From positions 5,973,955 to 6,037,954 of the forward strand of contig NC_068986.1 of the NCBI RefSeq assembly GCF_001194135.2: 64,000 nt of DNA, given 5' to 3'. The notes under the pieces are model-generated. The model was not told the origin of the DNA and did no database searches. It saw only the letters and a list, made by a program, of their open reading frames with translations. The position numbers and the translations under genes were made by a program. Positions within the stretch are counted from its first letter, which is position 1; each line of letters opens with the position of its first letter. Origin of the DNA: Octopus bimaculoides. Taxonomy: Eukaryota. Below are positions 25,851 through 39,894 of the stretch, piece by piece.

Positions 25851-27978
25851 AAATGTGTAAGGTGTGTTAAAATTCATCTATTGACACTTATTGAGACAGT
25901 GAAATAAATTTAGATCAAATATTACCAAATCATTACTAGAGTAGGGTTCACAATTCAATGATTGGCTTCAGAGAGCAGGTATGGTGGCTATGTTGTTAAC
26001 AAGTTTCCTTTGTAAGTATATTGGCATTGTACAGCATGTGTGTGTGCTACTGTAATATTTTCAATGTTCCAGTATTTTAGACGAGTGTCCTCTACTGTAG
26101 CCTTGGATTGACCAAAGCCTTGTGAGTAAAATTTGGTAAATAGGAACTGTGTGGAAGCCCAGTGGAGAGAACAGTTTTTATTTTTCTTTATAGTTGTAGA
26201 CTTAATCTGTCACTTAGATTAATGCCATTACTTGGCCATTGGATGCCTTTCACCGAATCTACTCTGTTGCAAGTATTTAACTGGGTCTCTTGGTCTGAGA
26301 ATGACTTCCTCTCATCTTCACATTCATTATAGAGGCTCTGAAAAGAGTCATTCATTGTTCCTCTGACTAAGCCTTGAAAAAAAACAAAAAACAATAAAAG
26401 AAAAAAGAAAAAATCTAATTAATTGTGAGCAGGAAATTTACAGCATTACAGGACACTTGTCTTGGTAGTTATATTACCTATAATTTTGGCTGTCTATATC
26501 AAGAACCTAATAGCTTATTGGAAGAACAGAGGATATCTTGCAGGCTATGAATTACCAAGAACAGAAGAAGAGTTACGTATAAACCCTGGCTGAATAGACA
26601 GGTGGAGATAGCTGAATTGTTTGAGTATTAGAATGATTAACTTATAGTTCTAACTTTGGTTATTTTAACATTCTCAGTCTGAATCTTGGAAGGATTTTAA
26701 CCTCATTTTTGGTTTCTGTAATATTGCCTGAGCTAAAAAAACTGTGTTGTGTTTACTTTCCTGATGAATATTATGCCTTGGAGCTTTTCATTTCAAAGTT
26801 TAACTGAAAAAAAAGTGTTCCATTATTGAAAAGCAGGTATGAGTTGGCGACATGAAGAACATTCAGCCTCAAAATAAGTATTTGTTAAAACTATGCTGGC
26901 ATAGAAAATGGACGTAAAATGAACAAATGAACTTTACAAAAAGCTAAACATCCTAGACAAAAGTCAGTGAATAACATTTTTCAAAGTTGGTGCTAGTTAC
27001 ATTAGCTACATGGAATGTAAGAGATCTAGATTGTTTCTGTTAGAAAATGTGTTAGTAGACTACTAACTTAAGAAACAAGTGTATCTGTTATATGAAAGTA
27101 TCATCAGAAACAGGTCTCTATACAATATTTCAAATGCTGATGAGTAGGAATAAATTCAATAGTGTTACCATTATCTTGAATATATAAACATGTGTTCAGG
27201 TTGTGTATTATCATCAAATACTATCAGGAATATATACACATCTGTTTTGAATATTGTTATCAATTCTCTCAACTGGCATTGTTGAATTCTATGAGAAAAA
27301 TGAAAAAAACGTTTATACATACTCACCTCTCCCTCCCCACCTCTCTCTCTCTATATATATATGCTTATTTATTTATTAGATTGTGGGAAGAGTGTAGTCT
27401 AGTTTCCACAATCTACATGAGTTAATCATTAACTGTTGTGTAAAGGGATTAATTAGTTTAATCATCTCTTAATTTATCATACTGAATCACAATCATCCCT
27501 TTTCTTCCTTAAAATAAGCTAAAAGAATGGTTCTCTAGACACATATTTCCTCAAAATAAATTCTAAAACTAACCTTTCAACTTTTAAGTGAAAGTCTTTT
27601 GGTAAAGCAAAAGATTAAGCTTTCAGGTGTCACTTGGAGTGATTTTTACCTTTCATGTACAAGCTTTGATTCATTTGACTAAATCCTCTCTCTTCCCACT
27701 TTATTACCATCCTGTTATGTAACCATTGACCCAGTAAATATCTTTTCATTTGTCATAACATAGTAACTAAATTGTAAAACATTTCAAGTTCCATTGTACC
27801 TTGCCCCATTCAATAAAACAATGCTTTATGGCTTCTATTGATACAGAGAAAATTCTCTTTTTATTCTGAGAAGGACTAATGATATTTAGTAATATCTGCC
27901 TCAATAAACACTGCAAGCTGCATATTTTTTGTCCATTTCCTGGTTAGAATGACTTTTTCTGTTCAACTTTTTTCTCAG

Positions 27979-27994
27979 GTTTTAGATAAAATAG
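27979..27994 (+). CDS. 16-nt microexon, VLDKI + G (phase 0 to phase 1)
   Basis: TTTTTTCTCAG|GTTTTAGATAAAATAG|GTAAAT. Supplies exactly the phase change needed between exons 12195-12236 and 39860-39894. Confidence 0.65.
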
Positions 27995-28161
27995 GTAAAT
28001 TATGAAAGCTCGTGTATGTGGCTAATTCCAGTAGTTACTGACTGACTGAAGTTTTTAACTTTATGAAATGAAAAGAAAAATAGATTTAATTGCTTGTTGT
28101 GGTAATGAACTTTATGTTTTATATTACCTATTTCTGGCAATATGAGCCAGCAAGAAATGTG

Positions 28162-28494
28162 GCCGTTGCCAGTACCGCCTGTGGCCTTCATAGGATTTTT
28201 GAGTGAGATCGTTGCCAGTGCCCCTGGACTGGCTCTTGTGCAGGTGGCACATAAAATACACCATTTTGAGTGTGGCCGTTGCCAGTACCGCCTGACTGGC
28301 CTTCGTGCGGGTGACACGTAAAAGCACCCACTACACTCTCTTAGTGGTTGGCGTTAGGAAGGGCATCCAACTGTAGAAACTCTGCCAAATCAGATTGGAA
28401 CCTGGTGTTGCCATCCGGTTTCACCAGTCCTCAGTCAAATCGTCCAACCCATGCTAGCATGGAAAGCAGACGTTAAACGACGATGATGATGATG
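28162..28494 (+). mobile_element. 5'-truncated SINE/LINE-tail element, family D, (GAT)n tail
   Basis: 10-bp TSD AAGAAATGTG; internal GCCGTTGCCAGTACCGCCTG repeats. Related copies at about 57423-57570, 35195-35380, 29700-30020 and 58200-58445. Confidence 0.88.
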
Positions 28495-31342
28495 AAGAAA
28501 TGTGTCCTTGAGTGGTATTTTATCTGTGTGTGTGTGTGTGTGTGTGTGTGCATGTGCATGCATGCACATACACGGGCACAATGTTGGGAAAAGTATTGAA
28601 ACAACAGAAATCGAAAAAGATAATTACCATCTCAGTGATCAGCTGAAATGGTAGTGTTGGACCAAATCTCTTGTACCATTTATTAGTATATCTTATTGCA
28701 TTCTGAGTTGAAATCAAGTGATTGGTGTTGATAAAGTCAAATCTGTTCAATTAAATCATACCTTTTCCACAAAATCTATGCTATTCAACTGAAGTTAGAA
28801 ATCATTATTATTAGCTCAATTGTCTTGTTTGGAAACTGACCATTGCATTCACATGCACTTCTGACAGTCAGTCACATCAGTTGATTGCTTCCCAAACTTT
28901 CTCTTTTAATTTCATTAATTGTCATGGGGATAAAAGTCAGAAATATTTTTGCCAGAATATGAAAACATTGCAAACGAAAGGCAACAATAGTACCGACCTA
29001 CCATTTATGTATTAAAGTACTAGTAACTTTCATGAACAAAATTGCATTGGTCATGGGTTTCATTAAATATTGCTGTTGTTGTTTAGCTGTAGATCAGACT
29101 TGGTTAAGCAGGTTAAAAGCATTCTAGACGTGACCATTTCATTTTTCTATTATTTTTTTAAAATCTAGAACAACATTGTCCTATGCATCGATCTCACCTC
29201 TTTTTCAAGATGTGAGATTTTGAAGGAGATTTGGCTGTTGTTTCTAGCAGGTTGAGCAACCAAGTAAATGTTTGCTCAGCTCATTGTTGATTGGTCTTTT
29301 AAGCATAACTTAATCAAAGGTTTTACATAACATAATGAAGGAAGAATTTAATTTAAATACATAAGCATTTTAAAAGCAGACGATTCTGCATTGTTGAACC
29401 AGTGGTAGTCTCAAGTTGGGTTGATGTTAAGAAATTACTTGTAAAAATATGAGGAAGATTTTACTCAGTATTGCTTTTTCTTGACTAATTTACACTAATT
29501 TACAAAGTGAAATTATTGAAGACAATTAGAAATCTGCTACAAAATATTTTGAAACAAACCTAGCATGCATAATTGTACATGCATTTATCAATATCTTAAT
29601 ACTGTCACAACAAAATGCCCCTGATGCAATTTGTAGAGTGGTTAGCAAGTGTAACAGAGAAAACATAAGGTTGAGAGGTTCCTGTTGAGGACTTTGCAGC
29701 CTCTCTGGTGCTGGCACCATGATAACATGCACTTAGTACACTCTGTAAAGTGGTTGGCAAATACACAGAGAAGATGTAGGGTGAAGAGGATACTTCTGTC
29801 TTGTCTTTTCATGGAAATGATGGCTTCTTTGGGGCTGCAATAAAATGTAAAATGGTTAGCGATATGAAGGGCATCTAGATGTAGAAACCACACCAAAATG
29901 AAATGTACAAGTGTTGGTCTATGAGACAGTGACATCCAGTTAGAACTGACCAGGAATGTTGACCCATCCAACCCAAATGCCAGCAAAGAGAGCAGATGTA
30001 AAAATGATGATGATGATGATTCTGCTTAAGATTCAGCAGCACAAACCCCCAGTGGAGTTTTTCATGAGTTACTTGGCAACCTCACAAGTGCTGGTGTCAG
30101 AAAAAAAAAGCACTGAGTACATTCTATAAAGCAGATGGTGTCAGGAAGGGTCTCTAGCCATAGAAACCATACCAAAGCAAACATTAGAGCTCAATGCAGT
30201 CCTCCAGTGCATTGGATCCTATGAAACTGTCCAATCCATGCTGGTATAGAAGACAGATGGTAGATGAGGAGAATGCTGATGGTGATGTTATGCTAGGTGT
30301 GCTATAATATACCAGTTATACAATATGTTGCATACTACATTAGTGATTAGAGCATTGGGCTCACAATCATGAAGTAATGAGTTCGATTCTTGGACTGGGC
30401 TGTGTGTTGTGTTCTTGAGCAAGCCACTTCATTCAGCTGTAGAAATGAGTTGCAACATCACTGGCGCCAAGCTGTATTGGCCTTTGCCTTTCCCTTGGGT
30501 AACATCAGTGGTGTGGAGAGAGGAGGCTGGTGTGCCTGGGCGACTGCTGGTCTTCCATAAACAACCTTGCCTGGACTAGGTAATCCCATGGTCATTCATG
30601 ACCAAGGTGGGTGGGGGTCCCCTTTCTTACATCTATTATATACCAGATATATAATATATTGCATACAAGACATATACCAGACATAGTAAATATAATATAC
30701 TAGATACAGTATCTACTGGACATAGTCTGTATTATGTACCACGTATGATGCTTTTCCTAATTGTTATAGGTGACTATGACTATGTAGTCATGAGCACACA
30801 TAGACACTCTTGGTCCTTTCACCTCTTACCTAGTGGAACATTCAGAATGCAACAGTTGGAGGGAGAGAGGGGGTAATGTGCCAGTATCTCTAACTGGTAC
30901 TCATTTCAACTGAGTAACTGGGAGCAATGTAAAATGAAGAACCGTACTCAAGGATGCAACATGCCATCTGGTCCAGAAATTAAACACACAACCTTACGAG
31001 CATGAAGTTGTGAGCTCCATGCAGTGACCATTACTTCACATGTTTTCACATCATCATATTAAGGGGCAACTGGTTTTTTACTGACTTTTCCCCTTTGTTG
31101 CTATATATATATATATATATNNNNNNNNNNNNNNNNNNNNNNNNNNNNNNNNNNNNNNNNNNNNNNNNNNNNNNNNNNNNNNNNNNNNNNNNNNNNNNNN
31201 NNNNNNNNNNNNNNNNNNNNNNNNNNNNNNNNNNNNNNNNNNNNNNNNNNNNNATTTAAATGGATGACTGACTAAATAAGTTATTCCCAGCACATCAGTA
31301 ACAAAAAAATACCATCAGTGGAAAGTTTCTGTTGCTGACATT

Positions 31343-31381
<39 letters not shown>

Positions 31382-31619
31382 ACATACTTTACTCTTTTGT
31401 CCCATTTCACCTGGCTGATGTAAAGCTGACAGTTCATCTGGGAAAATCCCATTCAAGTGAAGATTTGACGCATTTGCATAAATGTTTCAGTAATGACATT
31501 GTGTTTACAAACATTTTATTATTTTTGGGGTTTGGTATTTGAATCTCATTAATTATATCTCTTCCTATCTTTTTTGTTTTCTGTCTCTCACATACTCTTT
31601 CTCTCTCCCTCTCTCCATA

Positions 31620-31645
31620 CACATATTTATGAATATATCTATTTT

Positions 31646-31682
<37 letters not shown>

Positions 31683-31719
31683 GTCTCTCTCTGTCTGTCT
31701 GTCTGTCTCTCTCTGTCTC

Positions 31720-31754
<35 letters not shown>

Positions 31755-31760
31755 GTGAAT
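31620..31760. repeat. (CTGT)n/(CT)n compound microsatellite
   Basis: Direct inspection. Confidence 0.95.
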
Positions 31761-32033
31761 AAATAAATAAAAGCAAAAATGAGCAAAGAGAAATAACTTA
31801 AAGTGGCCAGTGGCATATATTTGAGAAGTATAGACAAATAGAGGTGTATCAAATACCATACTATATACGTTCTTGATTTATTAAAACTATCTCCACCCCT
31901 AGATGATGTATCATAATTATCAAATGGCAATTATGACCAGCTTCACTCCAAAAGAGGAGATAATCTCAAGAATCAAGAATTCTCCAAAGCTGACATGCTA
32001 GTGTGGAAAAGGACAGGCTTATAACCTGGAGAT

Positions 32034-32430
32034 GTGGAGCTGCAATGGCCCAGTGGTTAGGGCAGTGAACTCGCAGTCATAGGATCGCAGTTTCGATTCC
32101 CAGACCGGGCGTTGTGAGTATTTATTGAGCGAAAACACCTAAAGCTCCACGAGGCTCCGGCAGGGGATGGTGGCGAACCCTGCTGTACTCTTTCACCACA
32201 ACTTTCTCTCACCACAACTTTCTCTCACTCTTACTTCCTGTTTCTGTTGTGCCTGTAATTCAAAGGGTCAGCCTTGTCACACTGTGTCAGGCTGAATATC
32301 CCTGAGAACTACGTTAAGGGTACACGTGTCTGTGGAGTGCTCAGCCACTTGCATGTTAATTTCACGAGCAGGCTGTTCCGTTGATTGGATCAACTGGAAC
32401 CCTCGACGTTGTAAGCTACGGAGTGCCAAC
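32034..32430 (+). mobile_element. tRNA-derived SINE, family B
   Basis: Highly similar to 15657-16027; 13-bp TSD ATAACCTGGAGAT. Confidence 0.92.
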
Positions 32431-34225
32431 ATAACCTGGAGATAAGAGCACTCACTAATCAGCATGACAATTGCCTGGCCTTATCTCCAGTAAAGAGACT
32501 TAGACTTATACAAAAAAGAAAAAGAGTAAACTTTTTGTCATACATATATTTGTGTATAAGAAAGCTAATCTCAGATATAGAAAAATAATGGAAAGTTTTA
32601 AATGCTAATATCTTTCCTTCTTCATGTTGTCATTAATACTGATGCCTTCATCATATTCTTCATTGTTTTAACATGTTTTTCCATTGTGGTGCGAGTTGAA
32701 AAGTATATACTACTCTGGTCCCCGTTCTTCTGAATCTTTTGTCACCACATCTGCCAAATGAAATATCTTCAGCTCTGACTTCACCTTTTTGTGGCCATAA
32801 TTATGCAATATATCAGACAGTGAATATCAATCACTTTTTAAAATAAACAATATTTTTCCATTGTCAAACCAGTGTTTCGAACATTACAATTTTGATAGAA
32901 GGCTTAAATTTAAATACCTAATTCAATAAAATAGGTTTTGTGTCATAGAACCAAAAGAAGTCTGTCTTCAACTTAAGCACCCACCACCACCACCACCACC
33001 ACCATTACTGAGTCTGCATTGCTCCTTCACATTTCATGTCCAAACCAATGCAGTTGTCTTTTCTGCAAACATCTGCCTCTGATCTCCAGCTGTAGACACA
33101 GGTTGGAATAATAGTACTAATTTTTTTTACTATCATTTTTTTACTTACAAAGTGCTTTTCAATACATGCACACATACACATAGTTGTAGTAATGTCATTG
33201 CTGAGTAAACATACCTGTCAATGGGTTGGCATTAGCTTCTCCCCCCCCCCNNNNNNNNNNNNNNNNNNNNNNNNNNNNNNNNNNNNNNNNNNNNNNNNNN
33301 NNNNNNNNNNNNNNNNNNNNNNNNNNNNNNNNNNNNNNNNNNNNNNNNNNNNNNNNNNNNNNNNNNNNNNNNNNNNNNNNNNNNNNNNNNNNNNNNNNNN
33401 NNNNNNNNNNNNNNNNNNNNNNNNNNNNNNNNNNNNNNNNNNNNNTTGTCAGTTTTGATAGAAAGTTATCATAATAAATCTACTCCTTGTTTTACAAAAA
33501 CAATCATCTGACAAAAATCAAGTCCTAGTTTATCAAATGGCCAACACTTGTTTCTTTTCCATTTTAATTAGTTTCCGCAAATGTTATTTTTAACAAACAG
33601 AATTTACTTTTCGAAGTTTGTTATGACTGATGGTTTCAATTTTTTTTAAAGTTTATGCCACACGGGTTATTATTTTCTCAAGTATCATTGTTGTTACCAA
33701 TAACTTTACATATGTGTTTTCAACTCTTGGAACATCATGTTCGGCCTGCATTTGGTTTATATTACTGCTGTAGAGAAATGGCAAGTGGGAGGGAAATCTG
33801 CTGTACAGGCAACGTCTCCCTTAGATTGCTTGGCATGGACCTTCTGCCCTAGAAAGAGCAGTTACATTTGGTGTGACACTGTTGACTTTTCAGTCAAGGA
33901 CAAGAACTCTTAAAAGTGATGGTTAACAGCTCAATGACATTTCTGTGTGGGGTGTATGTGCTTTAACCCTTTAGCATTCAGATTACTCTGCCAAATGTAA
34001 TGATCATTGGCTCTTTTACTCTTTTGCTTGTTTCAGTCATTTGACTGTGGCCATACTAGAGCAGTGCCTTTAGTTGAACAAATCAACCCCAGGACTTATT
34101 CTTTGTAAGCCTAGTACTTATTCTATCGGTTTCTTTTGCCGAACTGCTAAGTTACAGGGATGTAAACACACCAGCATTGGTTGTCAAGCAATGATGGGGG
34201 AACAAACACACACAAACACATTCAC

Positions 34226-34259
<34 letters not shown>

Positions 34260-34359
34260 NNNNNNNNNNNNNNNNNNNNNNNNNNNNNNNNNNNNNNNNN
34301 NNNNNNNNNNNNNNNNNNNNNNNNNNNNNNNNNNNNNNNNNNNNNNNNNNNNTATATAT

Positions 34360-34795
34360 ATGCTACATTTCTGGTAAGACAGCTGCAGGAGAAATACCTA
34401 GCCAAAGATAAACCTCTGTACCTGGCTTTCGTTGACATAGAGAAAGCCTTTGACAAGGTCCCCCGATTTCTTATCTGGCAGTCAATGAGGAAACTAGGGA
34501 TAGATGAGTGGTTAGTGAGAGCTGTGCGAACCAAGGAATGAAGCCAGTATGCTCCGATAGATGTGTAATGTCAGTGTGCATACTCGACAGAGTATAAGTG
34601 CCTTGAGAGATGACTGCGCTGGTATGGTCATGTAGTGTGAATGGATGAGGACAGCTGTGTGAAAAAGTGTCACACCCTAGCTTTTGAAGGTAACTGTGGA
34701 AGAGGTAGACCCAGGAAGACCTGTGATGAGGTGGTGAATCACAACCTTTGAACATTAGGCCTCACCGAAGCAATGACTAGTGACCGAGACCTTTA
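34360..34795 (+). mobile_element. RTE-clade LINE fragment: RT start joined to C-terminal region
   Basis: RQLQEKYLAKDKPLYLAFVDIEKAFDKVPR...LGIDEWLVRAV, then RWYGHVV*MDEDSCVKKC...GRGRPRKT. Confidence 0.9.
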
Positions 34796-35120
34796 AGCAC
34801 CAAAAACCCATGAGGGCTTTCTCTTGGTAAATATTGCAGTATTTGTGTTTTCTTACTCAACATCCACTTACAGTGTTGAATATTTTACCTTTTGGTATTA
34901 ATACTGCTTCTGTCGCCCTCTTTATATATATATCACTCATAAGAAAAAGATATCACATAATAATAAAGTAAAAAAAAAAAATTATAAACCCTGAGCAGTT
35001 CTCTCACTTTAGGAGAAATTTGTCCCTCCCTTCTATTTCTTAGCAAAGTCTCTTTCTCTCTGCCTCTTACTCTGAAAGCAACTGTAGGTGGCAACACCAA
35101 TAGTCACCAGTCAAATTTCA

Positions 35121-35191
<71 letters not shown>

Positions 35192-36032
35192 CATTGCCAT
35201 CATCTTTTAACGTCTGTTTCTATGCTGGCATGGGTTGGATGGTTTGGCAGGATCCTGCATGTTGTAAGGCTGCATCAACCTTCAATGTCAACTTTAACAT
35301 GGATTCTATGGCTTGACACCCTTCCTAATGTCAACCACTTCACAGAGTGTACTGAGTGCTTTTTTTTATACCACCTGCACCACTGAGGTTGCCAAGTATC
35401 CTCCAAGAGAAAAGGAAGGAACAAGAAGAAAGAAAATAAGGTGAAGAAAAGGAGAATGCCTTCTTGACTGTATGAGGAGGGGGTATGTATATGAGAAGGG
35501 GGAATGTATATGAGAAGGGGAGGAGTGATGGCTCTATGCCAGGTGTTGAGAGGCAAGAGTGTGATGGGAAAACAAACTTAGATGGCTTGTAATAGAGATA
35601 CAAGGCTGAGTAAGTAGAGAGCTGGAAAGAAGACAGAAGCAGTGGTGAGATGCTGGAACATCTCAAGATATGGTGGATGGTCGGTTGGGGTTGTGGGGTA
35701 TGTGGTAGAGATGCATGTAGTGAGTGGGGGTGTGTGTGTGAAAGGTATGGGATTGGTCAAGGGCATTACGGTAAGTGGGGTGTAAAGGTAAATGTGTGAG
35801 GGCATTGAGAGTGTTGGTGATTACAGCAGGTGGGTTGATTGAGAAGTAACGGGTGTGAGGGATGAGATGTGGGGGGGGATGTTGGACAAAGAGAGGAGGG
35901 ACAGGGTCTCACACATACTAATGTAACTATTACTAGCATACTAGCACACATACTAGCATAAAGGTGGTGTGTAGAATATTAGGTATATATAGATATATGC
36001 ACACACATAAATGTGTGCACACGTACACACAA

Positions 36033-36076
<44 letters not shown>

Positions 36077-36406
36077 GTGCAGGTATGGTTATGTGGTTGA
36101 GAAGCTTACTTCCCAACCATGTGTTCTCGTACTGAGTCACGACCATCCTATCTTTTATTCACACATGCCCAGAACTACATTATCCAAAGTTTTCTCTCCT
36201 TTCTTTTTTCTTTTTTTTTCCCTAATATTGAGGGTAGTTTAGCTGCTATTTTCCTAGCTGGTTGCATAAACCATACAGAATATCTCCTCTCTCTAACATG
36301 TTCTGTCGTGTTGAGTCCATTTTATGTGATGTATAAGAGATTAATTTTTAAACTGAGTGGGTCTTGGCAACCTATGACATGAACTTAATTAAAGTTTAAA
36401 AAGTAG

Positions 36407-36438
<32 letters not shown>

Positions 36439-36949
36439 AAATGCTAGTTTGTCCAACCTAACAACATATTTTGAAAAAACTGATGTGGAACAATTCTATA
36501 CTTTGGTTTTCTACTTGTTTCCTTTGTAATTAGATCACCCTTAAAGAAGGTAAATTTTCGTAAAAGAATTACGAAAAGTGCTCAAAGGAAGATGTTAACA
36601 TTAACCTGTTATGGTCAGGAATTTGGCACTAAAGTTAATATATTTTTGCATGATGGTATTTAGGTGATTGAATAATCCCTAGCATATACGACTGGTACTG
36701 TTCTATTGACTTTGAATGTTATGGCACAAGGCCAGCAATTTTGGGGGAGGGGTAAGTCGGTTACATCAACCCCCAGTGTTCAACTGCTGTTTATTTTATT
36801 GATTCTGAAAAGATCAAAAGTAAAGTCAACCACAGCAGAATTTGAACTTAGAGTATAAAGGCGGATGAAATACTACTAAGCATTTTGCCTGGCATGCTAA
36901 TAATTCTGCCAACTTGCAGCCTTTGTATAATAATAATAATAATAATAAT

Positions 36950-37179
36950 ATTTCTTTATTGCCCACAAGGGGCTAAACATAGAGAGGACAAACAAGGACA
37001 GACAAAGGGGTTAAGTCGATTACATCGACCCCAATGCGTAACTGGTACTTAATTTATCGACCCCGAAAGGATGAATGGCAAAGTCGACCTCGGTGGAATT
37101 TGAACTCAGAACGTAATGGCAGACGAAATACCGCTGAGCATTTCGCCCGGTGTGCTAACGTTTCTGCCAGCTCGCCGCC
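36950..37179 (-). mobile_element. tRNA-derived SINE, family A, young copy
   Basis: GGCGGCGAGCTGGCAGAAACGTTAGC...GTTCAAATTCC...GGGGTCGATAAA. Diverged copies at about 534-740, 15035-15215, 17985-18135, 20085-20300, 36715-36925, 37435-37625 and 58855-58965. Confidence 0.9.
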
Positions 37180-37186
37180 AATAATG

Positions 37187-37252
<66 letters not shown>

Positions 37253-37374
37253 TCAAAATTAAAAGAAGAGTGCCATTTGCTATCTTGTGAACAATATTTC
37301 GACATCTCGCATGTCTTCCACTGGTTCAAAAAATAAATTTGTCAATCTACTTCATTTTGGTTAATATAGAAAGG

Positions 37375-37416
<42 letters not shown>

Positions 37417-39859
37417 TATTATTATTCTTTCTAATTTTGTTACAAGGCCAGCACTTTTGAAAGTTTGGGGAAGCTGATTACTTTGACTTCAGTTTTCAAC
37501 TGGTACTCATTTTATCAACCCTGAATAGATGAAATGTGAAGTTGAGCTTCAGTGGAATTTGAACTCAGAACATAAAGCCAGATGAAATGCCGTTAAGTAG
37601 CTTGATTCTGCCAGCTTGCCGTTTTAGTAAACATAATAATAATAATAATAATAATAAGAGCATTCAGAGAGCTCAAACCTCCGCCAAGGCAACACCAACA
37701 TCCCCTCAACGATTTGCTAGAGATGATTTTTAAAACGAGAATATCTGAAATAAACTCAACTGCTCTCACAAATGAGAATACTAGAAATGAATTCGAATGC
37801 TCTCAAAAATTAAGTAAAGAAACAAGAAAAATAATCCAGAATCCTTTCTGGTACTGGATGGATAAATTCTATAAAGATTTCTGAACCACCCTGTGTATCA
37901 TAAAGGGACATAACTCACATTTTTGAGAACTGTAATTGATGTTTTATTTCTTTACTTTGCTGAACCAAAGCACTCTTTTGGGTTACTGTTGAGTGGAGAT
38001 GGATTTTCATTCTGCCAGCCGAGTTCAGGTCCTGGTTTTGACACTCGGTTGTTTTGATTTCATTTCACTTACCTTATTAAAACCTTATGGAATAAGACGA
38101 ACAATACACCATTCATTTGTTTTAAAAATTTGGAGATAGCAATGCAGAAACTATGTAAGTGTGTCTTCCTTGGAAGCTGTCATAGCAAGGTAGTGGATAG
38201 GCAACTAAAGAAAGATAAAGAAAGAGCGTTTTGATAGACTAAGAATAAAAAAAAAATGTAAAGCTTATTCAGCCAGAGTCAAATATTATAAGTTAGATAT
38301 TTAACTACCAGAAATAGAAAAATGTAGAGCTAATTCAGTTGAAGTAGAATATCAAAAGTAAGATATTTGACCACCAAAATATTTTGTGTGGCAGTGCAGT
38401 AAGGAGATTACTTCCCAACCATATGGTTCTGGGTTCAGTCCCACTGTGTGATACCTTAGGCAAGTGTTTTCCACTATAGCTCTGGGTCGACCAAAACTTG
38501 TGAGTGGATTTGGTAGACAGTGACCTGAAAGAAGCTCATTGTATATGTGTGTGTGTGAGTGTGTGCATGTGTTTGCCTCTCATTGTCTTGCCATTGTGTG
38601 TAGTTGTAAATGATTGCCACTGTCATACAGTGTCATTCCTTTGCAGTGTACTGCAGAAACATATCTGGTCATAGAAAAATATGACCTTGCTTGGAAACCT
38701 AATGGGTGGTGACAAGAAGGGCAGCCAGCCATAGAAAATCAGCCTCAGTAAACTCTGTCCAACCCATGCAAGCATGGAAAAATGGATATTAAAATGTAAA
38801 AATCTAAACTTAATTCTAAAATAGTTTGAGCTCCAATAACATAAATATAATAATAATGTTGTCTTTATGGCATTTATCTAACCCAGAAGCCACAAAATAT
38901 ATTTTTGAGTTGAAACCTGAATTACACAAAAATGTCATTCTATTAGAAAAAAAATTGCAAACTGTGCAGATGGCTTCTTGGCCTACGGTTTCCATAGTGT
39001 TCCTTAGCACTCAAAAGGGCAACTGCAGGTTATATTAAGTGTAGACACTGAGCTTTTATCCTAATTTAATTTACTAGTTTGTATGTTCAACGATAAGATA
39101 AGTATGGGCTAGTTTCTTAATAACCTGCTCCATTAATAATTTGCAAATATAGAAATGTTAGAAATTTGTTCTAAGATGGCATCATTCTGAAAAGGAAATC
39201 TAAAAGAATATTACTAAGATATTTTCTATTCTCTTTCCATCCGGTCTGTTACCATTTAAAAAAAAAATTTCTGTAATCAAATTTTTGTTGAAATACACTG
39301 TCTTTGTTACAATTAATTTTGAAAATAATGAAAGATTTAGGAAAATTGTCATTATTAAGCTGATGCTCGGAGCATAAATCATTATGAAATGTTGACGAAC
39401 GGTTTTAACTTAGATCACTTTAAAAAGGAAGTTTGAATCATAGAACCAGGGTCAGTCTATCAAAAGGGTTAAATATAAAGTTAACTGTATATTATTGATA
39501 TAATTCTAATTAAAAGTATTATGCTCATCACATTAAGTACCTTAGTACAATAAAATAAATATTAAACTCAGTACTTGGTACTGAGTTCAATATTTATTTT
39601 ATTGTACTGATGAAAATTTTTTTTCCAATAAAAAAAATCTGTTTTCAATCCTTTGATTGTAAATTTCAAGTTGTTATTCGTTTATTGATTTTGTATTTAA
39701 TAAGTATTGGATAATTGTGCATGTTTGCACTAATCAATAGTCAATCGTTGTTGGAGATGGCAGTTTTGAAAGCATGGTTTCATAAAAAAAAAGAAGTTTG
39801 GTTTTAACTCGTATTAATAGAACTTCTTTAATGATGTTTTTTTTTTCTTATACATGTAG

Positions 39860-39894
39860 ATGAGTTGCAGAGAAAGCTGGTTAATTGGCAAAAT
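39860..39894 (+). CDS. Internal coding exon (35 nt), (D)ELQRKLVNWQN
   Basis: T-rich tract ...TTCTTATACATGTAG acceptor and AAT|GTAAGA donor. Phase 1 start, phase 0 end. Confidence 0.75.
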
